A stretch of 64,000 bases of DNA from positions 42,229 to 106,228 of the forward strand of contig DATAPR010000055.1 in NCBI GenBank assembly GCA_036265105.1. The letters run 5' to 3'. The notes beneath the pieces were generated by a model. The model had not been told where the DNA came from and made no database searches. It was given only the letters and a program-made list of their open reading frames with translations. Of this stretch, positions 1-8,205 are shown piece by piece. Positions within the stretch are counted from its first letter, which is position 1. Every line of letters starts with the position of its first letter. This DNA is from Sphingomicrobium sp. Its GTDB lineage: Bacteria > Pseudomonadota > Alphaproteobacteria > Sphingomonadales > Sphingomonadaceae. The position numbers were made by a program, and so were the translations under genes.

Positions 1-2
1 AC

Positions 3-1232
3 GCACAACATTCCGTTGCGACAGTTCGGCTTGAAGATCCCCGCCGCCACGCAATTCTCCTGCTGCGTCGTCTGGAGGCAAGCTCGGCAGATGCTGCGGA
101 CTTGCCCGACCGAATTGGCGCCAACCTTGCGGCTGCGCTGTCCTGGACGGGACCGCTCATCCTCCTTGATGACCAGCATCCCTCGGATCCGGCGTTTATT
201 GCGCAGCTTCTCAATCACGGGAGCAACCCGGACTTCGATGGCCTAGACGGCTTTGAATTTGCTCAGCGCAATGCGCCGAACGCGCCTGACTCAGCTATCG
301 CGCAGCTGACGTTTGCGATGGACACGGGACTTGCGATCGTCGACATCCCAAGAGAGCAGCGCGCGGCTGCGGTTGCTGCCGCGCTCCGCGCGGCAGACCG
401 GGCACGACAACTCGCGCCGGACTTTGGCGATGTCTACATCCCCGAGTGTGTGCTCCATTCGCCGACCTTGATTCGCACTTGCGAGGACACTCTACGCACC
501 GGCCTTGCCAAAGACCCGCAGGCGCCCTTCACGCTGCTGTACCTGGCCGAGGTGATGAATAACGCGGGCCGCACGCAAGATGCTGCGTCCCTGGCGGGCG
601 CTTCTCTCGCCGGGGACCGGTACGTGATCGGCAAAATGGGACTAGTCATCCTATTGGACGATGCCCTTGGGAAGCCCGCCGCAGAACGGGCTTATAAGGA
701 AGCGGTGCGCTTGTGGCCGAACTCCAGCGCATTCTTCTGGCGCCGCGCGGAAGGCCTTTTACAGCGCGGTGATTTCCAGGCGCTCGACAGGTTCGAGCGA
801 GAGGTCGGAAAGAGTAATTTCCCGCCGGATTACAATTCTGCCGCGGCGATTAACCAGGCGCTCAGCGCTCATTCGGAGAGTGCACTGGCAGCCGCCTGTC
901 CGAAGACTGCGCAGGGAATCCAGGCGATCCAGTGCATGATCGCATCGAACCTTCTGGGGGACCTCGACGATGCCTTCCTTTTCGCGGCGACCCTCTACCC
1001 CCGATTATACGCTCGAACGCCGGCTCAGGCGGACGCGATCTGGCTCGATAATCCGTACCAGCAGGATACCGTCTACCTCACTTCTCCAGCGACGGCAGCC
1101 ATGCGCCGTGATCGACGGTTCCTTCCTCTTGTCGATGGCCTTGGGCTCCTCGATTATTGGCGCGGAGGCCGGATGCCGGATTTCTGCACGCAGGATCATG
1201 AACCGGTCTGCTCGCAGATTGCCGTCAAATAG
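3..1232 (+). CDS. 5'-truncated TPR-repeat protein, probably of the wHTH/TIR-TolB-TPR regulator class
   Basis: Frame is open from position 3, so the gene starts before the window. Helical TPR-like segments; C-terminal 'AAMRRDRRFLPLVDGLGL' resembles the LR-x-DPRF tail of these proteins. Confidence 0.6.
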   Translation, partial: AQHSVATVRLEDPRRHAILLLRRLEASSADAADLPDRIGANLAAALSWTGPLILLDDQHPSDPAFIAQLLNHGSNPDFDGLDGFEFAQRNAPNAPDSAIAQLTFAMDTGLAIVDIPREQRAAAVAAALRAADRARQLAPDFGDVYIPECVLHSPTLIRTCEDTLRTGLAKDPQAPFTLLYLAEVMNNAGRTQDAASLAGASLAGDRYVIGKMGLVILLDDALGKPAAERAYKEAVRLWPNSSAFFWRRAEGLLQRGDFQALDRFEREVGKSNFPPDYNSAAAINQALSAHSESALAAACPKTAQGIQAIQCMIASNLLGDLDDAFLFAATLYPRLYARTPAQADAIWLDNPYQQDTVYLTSPATAAMRRDRRFLPLVDGLGLLDYWRGGRMPDFCTQDHEPVCSQIAVK

Positions 1233-1446
1233 GGATCGGCACCTCCCTGATCGGACTGCAATCTAAAAAGGTTGCGCCAGCGCTCGGGTCAGAGCCACGC
1301 CATCAGAAATCAGCGGAAAATCGGCTCCGCGCCATGGGCGTTTGTGCTTGCCCCGGCACAATCGGTGGCACGCCCGGGGGCCAGTCTCACTGACAGCTCG
1401 AGCGCACGGGCCGGACCAAATCGGCGGCCCAGTCGGGAGAGCAGTC

Positions 1447-1824
1447 ATGAGCACGATTGGAGTTTACATCCGCAAGTCATCACTGGTGTTCGCAGCCTTT
1501 GGAGCGGCCACGAGCCTAGGTATGCCGCTGTCCAATTACGGATCGGCCGCCGCTCAGAGCGTGTCGCGCGCGGACCAGATAAAATCGGAAGAGGTCCAAT
1601 ACACCGATCTCGACCTTGGCAAGAGGGCCAATCAAGCCGTCCTCAAACGGCGTATCCACTCTGCAGCCGTGCGGGTCTGCGAGTTCGACCGGTTTCTGGA
1701 CACGGCTTGTGCCGACATGGCGACGGTAGACGGATGGAACCAGGCCCTGCGGCTGATCCAGAGCAATGCCTCGGTTGGATCAACCGCGGCGGCCGTTCTG
1801 ATCGTGAGCGGCCCAGCTCATTAG
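1447..1824 (+). CDS. UrcA-family secreted small protein
   Basis: ATG 1447 after GGGAGA; signal-like N-terminus; 'VQYTDLDL...LKRRIHSAAVRVC...C' with the two family Cys. Confidence 0.8.
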   Translation: MSTIGVYIRKSSLVFAAFGAATSLGMPLSNYGSAAAQSVSRADQIKSEEVQYTDLDLGKRANQAVLKRRIHSAAVRVCEFDRFLDTACADMATVDGWNQALRLIQSNASVGSTAAAVLIVSGPAH

Positions 1825-2232
1825 ACTTCTGGAGACTAAGCGGCGAGATCACCGAGACCCTGTCGGGGAGGCTTCCCGGCAGGGCTTTGCATCCGCACCG
1901 CCTTCCACCGCTTGCTACGTCCCGGGGGCCGTTGGAAAATGCCTTTGCGCATGAGGTCGCTGAAGTCATCGGTGCGGGGACGCGTAGCGCGATCCGGTCC
2001 TCGGGCTGGAGCACTTCGTTTACACCGAAGGGGTCGGCGGTTCGCCGTTTCGTCGAGCGGCGGCTCCAGGGCAGGCCGCGTCGAAAGGCCGGTTCGCTGG
2101 CGCGCTCGACTGTGAACTGAAGTTTTCCAAACGATTACAAATGAATCCGGAACGTCGGATGGGTTTTTTGTAACTTTGGGCGCCTCATTCGCCGCGTAAA
2201 AGCGCGGGCATTCGACTTCAAAGGCTGAGCGA

Positions 2233-3810
2233 TTGCCAGATACATTCGCGCCCCGGGCCGTCGCCGGCCCGGAACAGGCTCCGATAACCGACACGACTGA
2301 GAATCCCTCGCCGATAGAAAGCGTCGCTCCGGATTGGGGACGTGCAAAGAGCAGATGGCTGACGCTCGTGCTTCTTGCGATCTGCGCCGGCGCGCTGGCA
2401 GGCGCGATCCGAATCCATTTGGGAGCAGACCTCCTTCATCCGGACAGCCCGTCATATTACGTGTTCGACCCCTCTCGACCGGTCGGTTACCCAGCGTTCC
2501 TCTGGCTGGTTCAATCGCTCAGCGGCAATGTCTCGTGGGCGGCTCCAGCCCAAACCATCCTCGTCGCGATCGCGCTGTTCTTGCTTGGGCTTGCGATCTA
2601 CAGGGCGACGCGGCTCCCCTCGCTGGCGCTGGCGGCCCAGGTCGCGCTGGTATCGTCGGTCGGAATCTGGAACTTCTCGGCGGTAATCATGACAGAGGCG
2701 GTCGCGACTTCAGCCGTCGCGCTGTGGTGTGCTGCGCTGATCCGCAATCTCTTCAAGCCCAGGATTTTTGCAATCTTCGAGCTGATCGTGTTCGCGGCTA
2801 TCGCGACAACCATTCGGCCGGCGCTCGGGGCCCTGTTTGCTGGAACCGCCGTTTTGGCTCTCTTCCTTCCGCAGAGGCGCGAAAAGCTTATCGCGCTTTT
2901 GATGGTATTTGCCGGCTGCGGCGCGGCGTGGGAGGCGTCTCCGGTTGCGCAGTGGACCGTTCACGGATCGATGCACGCGGCAAGCCCATTTGCGCGGGGA
3001 ATTCTCCAGCATTCTTTATTCTGCCCTCTCGGGACGGCGCCCACGACAAGCGAGGGTCGCTTTGTCGAAAGCTACGCCGCGCCGGTTCGAAACTATGTCG
3101 ACCAGGCGCCTCCGGGCGCCCTCTCAAAGGTCCGGATTGAATACAGCACTCGCCTACGCTTCGGACTTATCATTCCCACATTGAGCAGGGTCCACGGGCT
3201 CTCGTGGGGCTGGCAGACCGACCCCTTGCTGCTTCAGATTGCAAAGGAGAGGATTCGCTCGAACCCTCTCTGTTTTGCTGGAAGCGTGCTGAATTCCTAC
3301 TTGAGGCTGGCAACCTTCGGGACGGGCGAAACGCCGCGTGACATCGCGGAGATCCGCACCTTTTTTGCAACTCACCCCCAGGTCCAGATCCCAAATCTTC
3401 CGACGCCGCCAGGCGAACAGAAAGAGGTCCGGCAGCTCGCAAGCGCGCTTCACCAACCGCTTCCCGAGGGCGGGCTCGCTGGTCACACGGCGAAGCTCCC
3501 CGAACATAATAGCCTCCCGGTGATCGTCCTCATGGAAATCATTTACGGTTTCGCTTCGATGTTCGGAATCGCGGCGCTTGGGGCGTGCGTGTTCGCGCGT
3601 CGGCTCCCGAACCGGCTCGCTCCGATCGTCTTGGCCGTGGCTGCGCTTGGAGCTGCCTATCACGGCGCAATGGCCATTACGGCTGTCGTGGAATTCGGGC
3701 TCTCCCGTTACCTGGTTCCGCTTTGGCCAATAGCAGTCTCGATCTGGGCGCTGACTGCGTTCGGGGCTTGGCAATGGGGATCATTCGAGACGGCCGTCCT
3801 CCGACGGTAG
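2233..3810 (+). CDS. Polytopic membrane protein, GT-C-fold glycosyltransferase-like
   Basis: Many hydrophobic helices; first loop 'HPDSPSY...RPVGYPAFL'; 'MTEA' and 'IRP' motifs; large periplasmic loop; terminal 'SRY'. Confidence 0.55.
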   Translation: MPDTFAPRAVAGPEQAPITDTTENPSPIESVAPDWGRAKSRWLTLVLLAICAGALAGAIRIHLGADLLHPDSPSYYVFDPSRPVGYPAFLWLVQSLSGNVSWAAPAQTILVAIALFLLGLAIYRATRLPSLALAAQVALVSSVGIWNFSAVIMTEAVATSAVALWCAALIRNLFKPRIFAIFELIVFAAIATTIRPALGALFAGTAVLALFLPQRREKLIALLMVFAGCGAAWEASPVAQWTVHGSMHAASPFARGILQHSLFCPLGTAPTTSEGRFVESYAAPVRNYVDQAPPGALSKVRIEYSTRLRFGLIIPTLSRVHGLSWGWQTDPLLLQIAKERIRSNPLCFAGSVLNSYLRLATFGTGETPRDIAEIRTFFATHPQVQIPNLPTPPGEQKEVRQLASALHQPLPEGGLAGHTAKLPEHNSLPVIVLMEIIYGFASMFGIAALGACVFARRLPNRLAPIVLAVAALGAAYHGAMAITAVVEFGLSRYLVPLWPIAVSIWALTAFGAWQWGSFETAVLRR

Positions 3811-3839
3811 TCTCATGACCCAACTGGATCTTGCGCCTG

Positions 3840-4907
3840 TTAGTGCTTGCACTCCCGAACCACGTGATCGCTGAGGCAATAGAGGTCGAGGTCATCGGGA
3901 GCGAACACCGGCCCGTTGAAATATTTGCGAACGCCCTCGACGTAGCTTGCGTGCGGCGGCGGGTCGTCCGGGCCATAGTGATAGAGGATGACGGATCTGA
4001 CCTGCGCCCCTGCCGCGAGCTGGCCGATTTCGTTCGTGTCCAGATGCTCTGAAATGAAGTGGGCCCGGAATTCCTGAGTTCGCATAGGCGACCAGTGGCT
4101 GCGCGCTGACATCCCCTTGACGAACTGATCTCGAGTGGCGGCATTCAAGGCGTCGGCTTCGGCAACGAGCACATCCGCGTCCTTGGCAAGGCGTTCGACC
4201 GCTTCGCTTGGACCCGTGTCCCCGGTGAAGACTACCGTCCCGTGGGGAGTATCAACTCTGTAGGAGTAGGACTGAAAGGTTCGCCGCTGCTGGCCCGTCA
4301 TCAGCGCGTAATGCGAGTTCTCGGCCGCAACGACCCGGATCTTGTCATCCTGGAAGATGAGCCCGCCACGGGCAAATTCGTGCGACTGGAATGGGCTTAC
4401 GAAATGGCCGTTGCTGGTTCGGTACGTGTCCGGATTTTCGGCCGCGAACGGGCGCACCGAAATCGTGATGAACCGAAATGCCGCGTCCACGAGCTCCTTC
4501 GTCTGCGGCGGCCCGTAGATGGAGATGGTTTGCGTCGCGCCCTTCAGGTTCAGAAGAAAATAGTCGTTGGCCAAAACGGGGACCAGGCCGAGATCATGGT
4601 CGGAATGGAGGTGCGTCAGGAAGATGGTCTGGATCTGCTGCGAATCTATGCCGGCCTGGAGCATCCGCTGCATGGTGCCGGTTCCGCAATCGAACAGATA
4701 ATAGCGCCCATCGACGATGAGCAGCGTCGCCGGCTTGGAGCGATCCGCGCGCAAGGGCGGGCCGCCGCCCGTCCCTAAAAAGAGAATTTCGGTTTGGCCT
4801 TCCCTCGGGGCAGCCGGCGCTGATTGTACGTCAGGTGCCGCGAAGACCGGCGCCGCGGCGCCCAGCGCCATCGCCAATATGGCGGCTGATGCTACTCGCG
4901 CGACCAT
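3840..4907 (-). CDS. Secreted MBL-fold metallo-hydrolase (RNase Z/AtsA-like)
   Basis: Signal peptide; 'LFLGTGGGP', 'LFDCG', 'THLHSDH' (HxHxDH), 'FTGDT', 'LYHY'. Confidence 0.85.
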   Translation of the reverse strand: MVARVASAAILAMALGAAAPVFAAPDVQSAPAAPREGQTEILFLGTGGGPPLRADRSKPATLLIVDGRYYLFDCGTGTMQRMLQAGIDSQQIQTIFLTHLHSDHDLGLVPVLANDYFLLNLKGATQTISIYGPPQTKELVDAAFRFITISVRPFAAENPDTYRTSNGHFVSPFQSHEFARGGLIFQDDKIRVVAAENSHYALMTGQQRRTFQSYSYRVDTPHGTVVFTGDTGPSEAVERLAKDADVLVAEADALNAATRDQFVKGMSARSHWSPMRTQEFRAHFISEHLDTNEIGQLAAGAQVRSVILYHYGPDDPPPHASYVEGVRKYFNGPVFAPDDLDLYCLSDHVVRECKH

Positions 4908-5043
4908 CCGCTGATCCTACACCCTTTGCTGTCTCCCACAATTGGCTGGCACCTTCCAATGTCCGAGGTCGGAGCAGCTGCGAACATTGACCGTCCGGCG
5001 GTCTCACCTACGATGACGTCGAGCAGGTTGGTGGAGGTATCGT

Positions 5044-5850
5044 TTGCAAAAGAAAGCGATGATCCTTGCCGCGGCGCTGGTGCTCAGCGGAGCATCGACG
5101 CACGCCGCCAGTCCGTTCGACGGCCTGTGGGTCGATGATCTCCAGACTCAGATGGGTGAAGCAGGCTTCGACACCTATGTGGTCGCCAACGGCGGATACG
5201 CGTGCGATAGCTGCCGTCCGCCTCGTAACTATCCCGCCGACGGCAAGATGCGGTCGGTTCCGGGCGACAATTCCGTGCTGTCGGAATCCGTGACTGTAAC
5301 GGGCCCCAGAACCATCGTTACGCGGATTGTCGATCGCGAAATGACTCGTGAGACGACCATGACCGTCGCGCCCGATGATAAAACCGCGACTTACGTATCG
5401 CTCGACAAATGGCCAAGCCGGACGAAGCGCCTGCGCACCGAATATGTGGCGAAACGGGTCGCCCCGTCTCCCCCTGGCGCCAACGCCGTTTCCGGCTCGT
5501 GGCTCGGGATTCGCTACTTGGAAGTTCCGGTGGAATATCGGTCGGTCAATCTCAAGCAAACGGGTAACAGTTTCACGCGCAGCAACTTTCGCCACGGCCG
5601 CTACACAGCGGTGATCGGGGGTCCGCCGGTTTTGCTGACCGGCGACGGCCAAAGCACCTACAAGGCCAGGGTCCGCGCTCCGGATCCGCGAACGCGGGTC
5701 GAGACGATCCTGCTGAACGGAAAGCCCGTCGTGGAACGCACCTACAGATTGTCTTTTGATGGCAAGTCGATGGTGACGACGGTTCGCGATCCAAAGAGCG
5801 GGCACGTCTACAGCATCACGTCTCACCGGAGGTCGGCGGCGCCTTCATAG
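5044..5850 (+). CDS. Secreted hypothetical protein, two tandem beta-rich (lipocalin-like) domains
   Basis: GGAGG RBS before TTG; signal peptide; two G-x-W starts ('FDGLW', 'VSGSW'), each followed by a beta-strand-rich segment. Confidence 0.65.
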   Translation: MQKKAMILAAALVLSGASTHAASPFDGLWVDDLQTQMGEAGFDTYVVANGGYACDSCRPPRNYPADGKMRSVPGDNSVLSESVTVTGPRTIVTRIVDREMTRETTMTVAPDDKTATYVSLDKWPSRTKRLRTEYVAKRVAPSPPGANAVSGSWLGIRYLEVPVEYRSVNLKQTGNSFTRSNFRHGRYTAVIGGPPVLLTGDGQSTYKARVRAPDPRTRVETILLNGKPVVERTYRLSFDGKSMVTTVRDPKSGHVYSITSHRRSAAPS

Positions 5851-5955
5851 AAGCGCGCAATTCCATCGGATCCATGTCAACAGCCAGAAATCGCTGCACG
5901 CCTGATGCGCGCTGAGGCGGGTTAGTGAATGTCGGAAAACTGTGGGAATCGGATC

Positions 5956-5980
5956 GGACCTGCCGCTCCTCGAAAGCGTT
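5956..5980 (+). promoter_or_regulatory. Putative EcfG/SigT general-stress promoter for the DUF6582 gene
   Basis: GGACC-N16-CGTT, one mismatch to the GGAAC-N16/17-CGTT consensus, 21 nt before the ATG at 6002. Confidence 0.45.
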
Positions 5981-6001
5981 TATCGGCGGAAGGAGAAAGT
6001 C

Positions 6002-6208
6002 ATGGCCAAGCTGTCATCATCCGACCGAAACAAACTCCCCAAGAGCAAATTCGCGGAACCTGGCAAGCGTGCTTATCCCGTCGAGGATGCATCTCATGCC
6101 CGCAACGCGAAGGCGCGGGCCAGCCAGGCGGTCAAGGCCGGCCGCATGTCCAAGGGCGAAGAAGCAAAAATAGACAAGAAAGCGAACGCAACTCTCAAGA
6201 AGGGATAG
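6002..6208 (+). CDS. Small basic DUF6582-like protein (68 aa)
   Basis: AAGGAG RBS; 'LPKSKFAEPGKRAYPVEDASHARNAKAR'; 18 of 68 residues are K/R. Confidence 0.75.
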   Translation: MAKLSSSDRNKLPKSKFAEPGKRAYPVEDASHARNAKARASQAVKAGRMSKGEEAKIDKKANATLKKG

Positions 6209-6252
6209 TCGGAACCGGAAAACCATGGACGATGGGCTCCCGAAGGATCGGG

Positions 6253-6807
6253 CTAAGGCTGGACCGTACGGAGCAACATGCTCGTATCATAGCCCATCGC
6301 CCGGGCCCTCCTGACCAGCTGACCAAACTCCTTCGCGCTCGGTGTTGCCTCGCGGGCGAGAATCCAAAGGTAACGTCCTGATGGTTCCCCGACGATCGAC
6401 CAGCTGTAATACTCTGCGTGATCCAGAACCCAATAATCGCCGTAGACTGGCCAGAAGAAACTCACTTTGAGCTTGGCGTTCGAAACGGGATCGACGAGTT
6501 TTGCGATCCCGCGGCTTTGCCGGATTTGGCCATCGGGCTTTCGGCATCGGTTCACCACATCGATCTTGCCGTCTGCGCGCTGGCTGTACGTCGCCGTCAC
6601 GCCTTCGCAGCCGAGCTCGAAGCGCTGTTCGTATCGGGCGATTTCATACCAGAGGCCAAGATAGCGATTGAGTTCAACCGGCGTTGCCGGTTGCGGAACG
6701 TTTCGATTGCCCACCGGATGCCTTCGAGCAAGGCTCATGCCAGCAGCGGCAAGGACGCCCGCCGCCGCGACAGAACTGCCGACCAGGACCCTGGCTTTAT
6801 TGGACAC
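6253..6807 (-). CDS. blc: Bacterial lipocalin (Blc family)
   Basis: 'VELNRYLGLWYEIARY', 'AKLKVSF', 'YWVLD...YSWSIVGEPSGRYLWILAR', 'GYDTS'. Confidence 0.9.
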   Translation of the reverse strand: MSNKARVLVGSSVAAAGVLAAAGMSLARRHPVGNRNVPQPATPVELNRYLGLWYEIARYEQRFELGCEGVTATYSQRADGKIDVVNRCRKPDGQIRQSRGIAKLVDPVSNAKLKVSFFWPVYGDYWVLDHAEYYSWSIVGEPSGRYLWILAREATPSAKEFGQLVRRARAMGYDTSMLLRTVQP

Positions 6808-6854
6808 AGGTCATTCAGTTCGAATGTTTGAAAGGAGTCCAGCGGCGGGCAGTC

Positions 6855-7178
6855 TCATGAGAGTTTGCTTCGCTGTCGATCGACCCACGCCTTTCCCTCG
6901 TCCCCGCCCCACAGTAGCCACGCGATGAATCCGGCCGAGGGGTCTTCATCACAATCCCAGCGATGCGGGGCGGCCTGCTTGTCGACGGAATGCCGGGCGA
7001 AGAAGCTGTACATGGACTTGATGTCTCTGGGTTCCAGTTCCTCGCGGGCGATGAGTTGCGTTGCCCTCCGCACTCCCACGTCTGTTCCGCCGCGACCGAA
7101 TCGTTCCCGAAGCTTAAGACCACGCTTGGCGTTGGCGGCCATTTGCGCAGTGGGCTTCAGTCTTTCGGGAGACATCAC
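6855..7178 (-). CDS. Conserved hypothetical basic protein (GRGGT-x-VG / SFFARH / IAWLLWGG motifs); start GTG 7178 or ATG 7175
   Basis: Protein-like ORF with recognisable conserved motifs, co-directional with blc and the upstream small ORFs. Confidence 0.75.
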   Translation of the reverse strand: MMSPERLKPTAQMAANAKRGLKLRERFGRGGTDVGVRRATQLIAREELEPRDIKSMYSFFARHSVDKQAAPHRWDCDEDPSAGFIAWLLWGGDEGKAWVDRQRSKLS

Positions 7179-7198
7179 GAAAAGCGCAGGGCTAGCGA

Positions 7199-7324
7199 TT
7201 AAGGATGCCGCTCCAGCAACTTGATGATCTGGTTGAGACGCTTTTCATTTTCGTAGGCGCTGACAGCGACCACCAGAGCAATGAATGCGCCAACGACGAT
7301 GATGACCCAATCCAGTTGGTCCAC
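7199..7324 (-). CDS. 41-aa single-pass membrane microprotein MDQLDWVIIVVGAFIALVVAVSAYENEKRLNQIIKLLERHP (absent from ORF track)
   Basis: Hand-translated; GGGAGA RBS before GTG 7324; TAA at 7199-7201; clean TM helix plus amphipathic tail. Confidence 0.6.
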   Translation of the reverse strand: MDQLDWVIIVVGAFIALVVAVSAYENEKRLNQIIKLLERHP

Positions 7325-7361
7325 GCGGCTTCTCCCAATTTTCCGATGAGCGACCTCTCGC

Positions 7362-7442
7362 TCAAAAATGGTGTGTGCACAGCGCCAGAAGTAAAATGAT
7401 GGGGATTGGTACGCCGACCAGCCACAGCAGCACGGAACGCAT
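7362..7442 (-). CDS. 26-aa membrane microprotein MRSVLLWLVGVPIPIILLLALCTHHF (absent from ORF track)
   Basis: Hand-translated; GAGAGG RBS 8 nt upstream; matches the 'LLWLxGVPIPII' small-protein pattern I recall from Proteobacteria. Confidence 0.75.
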   Translation of the reverse strand: MRSVLLWLVGVPIPIILLLALCTHHF

Positions 7443-7520
7443 CCAGCTATCCTCTCATCCCTGTTTCGCAGTGCAGAATTGATCGAACTGCCGATGGTTC
7501 CAGTCTGCGTGAGAGGTCAT

Positions 7521-7560
7521 CGCAAATGAGGGGCCCGGCGTCATCCGACGGGGCCCCTCA
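7521..7560 (-). terminator. Intrinsic terminator after the CsbD gene
   Basis: 10-bp stem TGAGGGGCCC/GGGCCCCTCA plus inner CGTC/GACG, followed by TTT on the minus strand. Confidence 0.7.
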
Positions 7561-7576
7561 AGCAGTCACAGCTGAG

Positions 7577-7822
7577 TTAGCGGTCGTCGTCGCTACGATC
7601 AGCTTCGTCGCCGGCTTCTCGAGCTTCGTCCTTCATGCCGCCCCACATATTCTGGAGCTTGCCTTCGGCCTGATCGGCCTCGCCTTCGTGCTTCATCTTG
7701 GCGTCACCGAACAGCTTGCCGGCGCCTTCCTTCATCTTGCCGCCCATCTCCTTCATGCTGCCTTCGGTGCGGTCGTGATCAATTCCGTTTTTCATGTCCT
7801 CATGTGTGTCATGGTCATTCAT
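7577..7822 (-). CDS. csbD: CsbD-family general stress protein
   Basis: GGAGG RBS before ATG 7822; 'DRTEGSMKEMGGKMKEGAGKLFGDAKMKHEGEADQAEGKLQN-x-WGGMKD'. Confidence 0.9.
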   Translation of the reverse strand: MNDHDTHEDMKNGIDHDRTEGSMKEMGGKMKEGAGKLFGDAKMKHEGEADQAEGKLQNMWGGMKDEAREAGDEADRSDDDR

Positions 7823-7850
7823 GGTTTCCTCCATTCTTCAATGAAGGTTC

Positions 7851-7876
7851 AACGCTTCAGCGGCGGATTTCGTTCT
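7851..7876 (-). promoter_or_regulatory. Putative EcfG/SigT promoter of csbD
   Basis: AGAAC-N17-CGTT on the minus strand, 28 nt upstream of the ATG. Confidence 0.55.
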
Positions 7877-7925
7877 CCAATTTCCTGTTCGGTCGGACTG
7901 AACAAATAGTCGCCGAGGCGACAGA

Positions 7926-7951
7926 GGAACTCATTTCCAAGACCGAGGGTT
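7926..7951 (+). promoter_or_regulatory. EcfG/SigT-type promoter with no downstream ORF
   Basis: Exact GGAAC-N17-GGTT (7926-7930, 7948-7951). Confidence 0.65.
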
Positions 7952-7956
7952 ATCGG

Positions 7957-8047
7957 CCTGGCGTGCGGATTGTTGTGGATCGCCGCACGCCGATTTGTCT
8001 CCGTTTCCAAACTAGGCCCGTCTGCACCCCTTCAGGCGGGCCTTTTT
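7957..8047 (+). ncRNA. Candidate ~90-nt stress-induced small RNA (5' end approximate)
   Basis: EcfG-type promoter; 9-bp GC hairpin (7960-7968/7983-7991); 22-nt pyrimidine-rich linker containing UCUCC; terminator stem 8014-8043 with T-tract; no credible ORF. Confidence 0.55.
8014..8047 (+). terminator. Intrinsic terminator
   Basis: AGGCCCGTCTG/CAGGCGGGCCT stem (one G-U pair) followed by TTTT. Confidence 0.8.
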
Positions 8048-8205
8048 CTTGCCGCCCAGGTAGGTTGCCTCACTAGGAGCGATATCGCGATAACGCTGGG
8101 AGGAGGGGGCTCGGTGAGCCCCACTTGATAACCTCCGCTTTGCTCCAGTTCGGAAGCGCGCAAGGATGAAGCGGTTCGGTTGTGGATGACTCCGGGCCGC
8201 CTTGA

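Noticed and set aside
1887-2120. Possible 77-aa ORF from TTG 1887 (LENAFAHEVAEVIG...)
   Set aside because: No recognisable family, Arg-rich tail typical of non-coding frames, weak RBS spacing.
2149-2174. GGAAC-N17-TAAC upstream of the GT-C-like gene
   Set aside because: The -10 element does not fit EcfG; it could be another ECF promoter but cannot be supported.
7406-7909. 167-aa plus-strand ORF
   Set aside because: Antisense shadow of csbD; it also crosses the csbD promoter and terminator.
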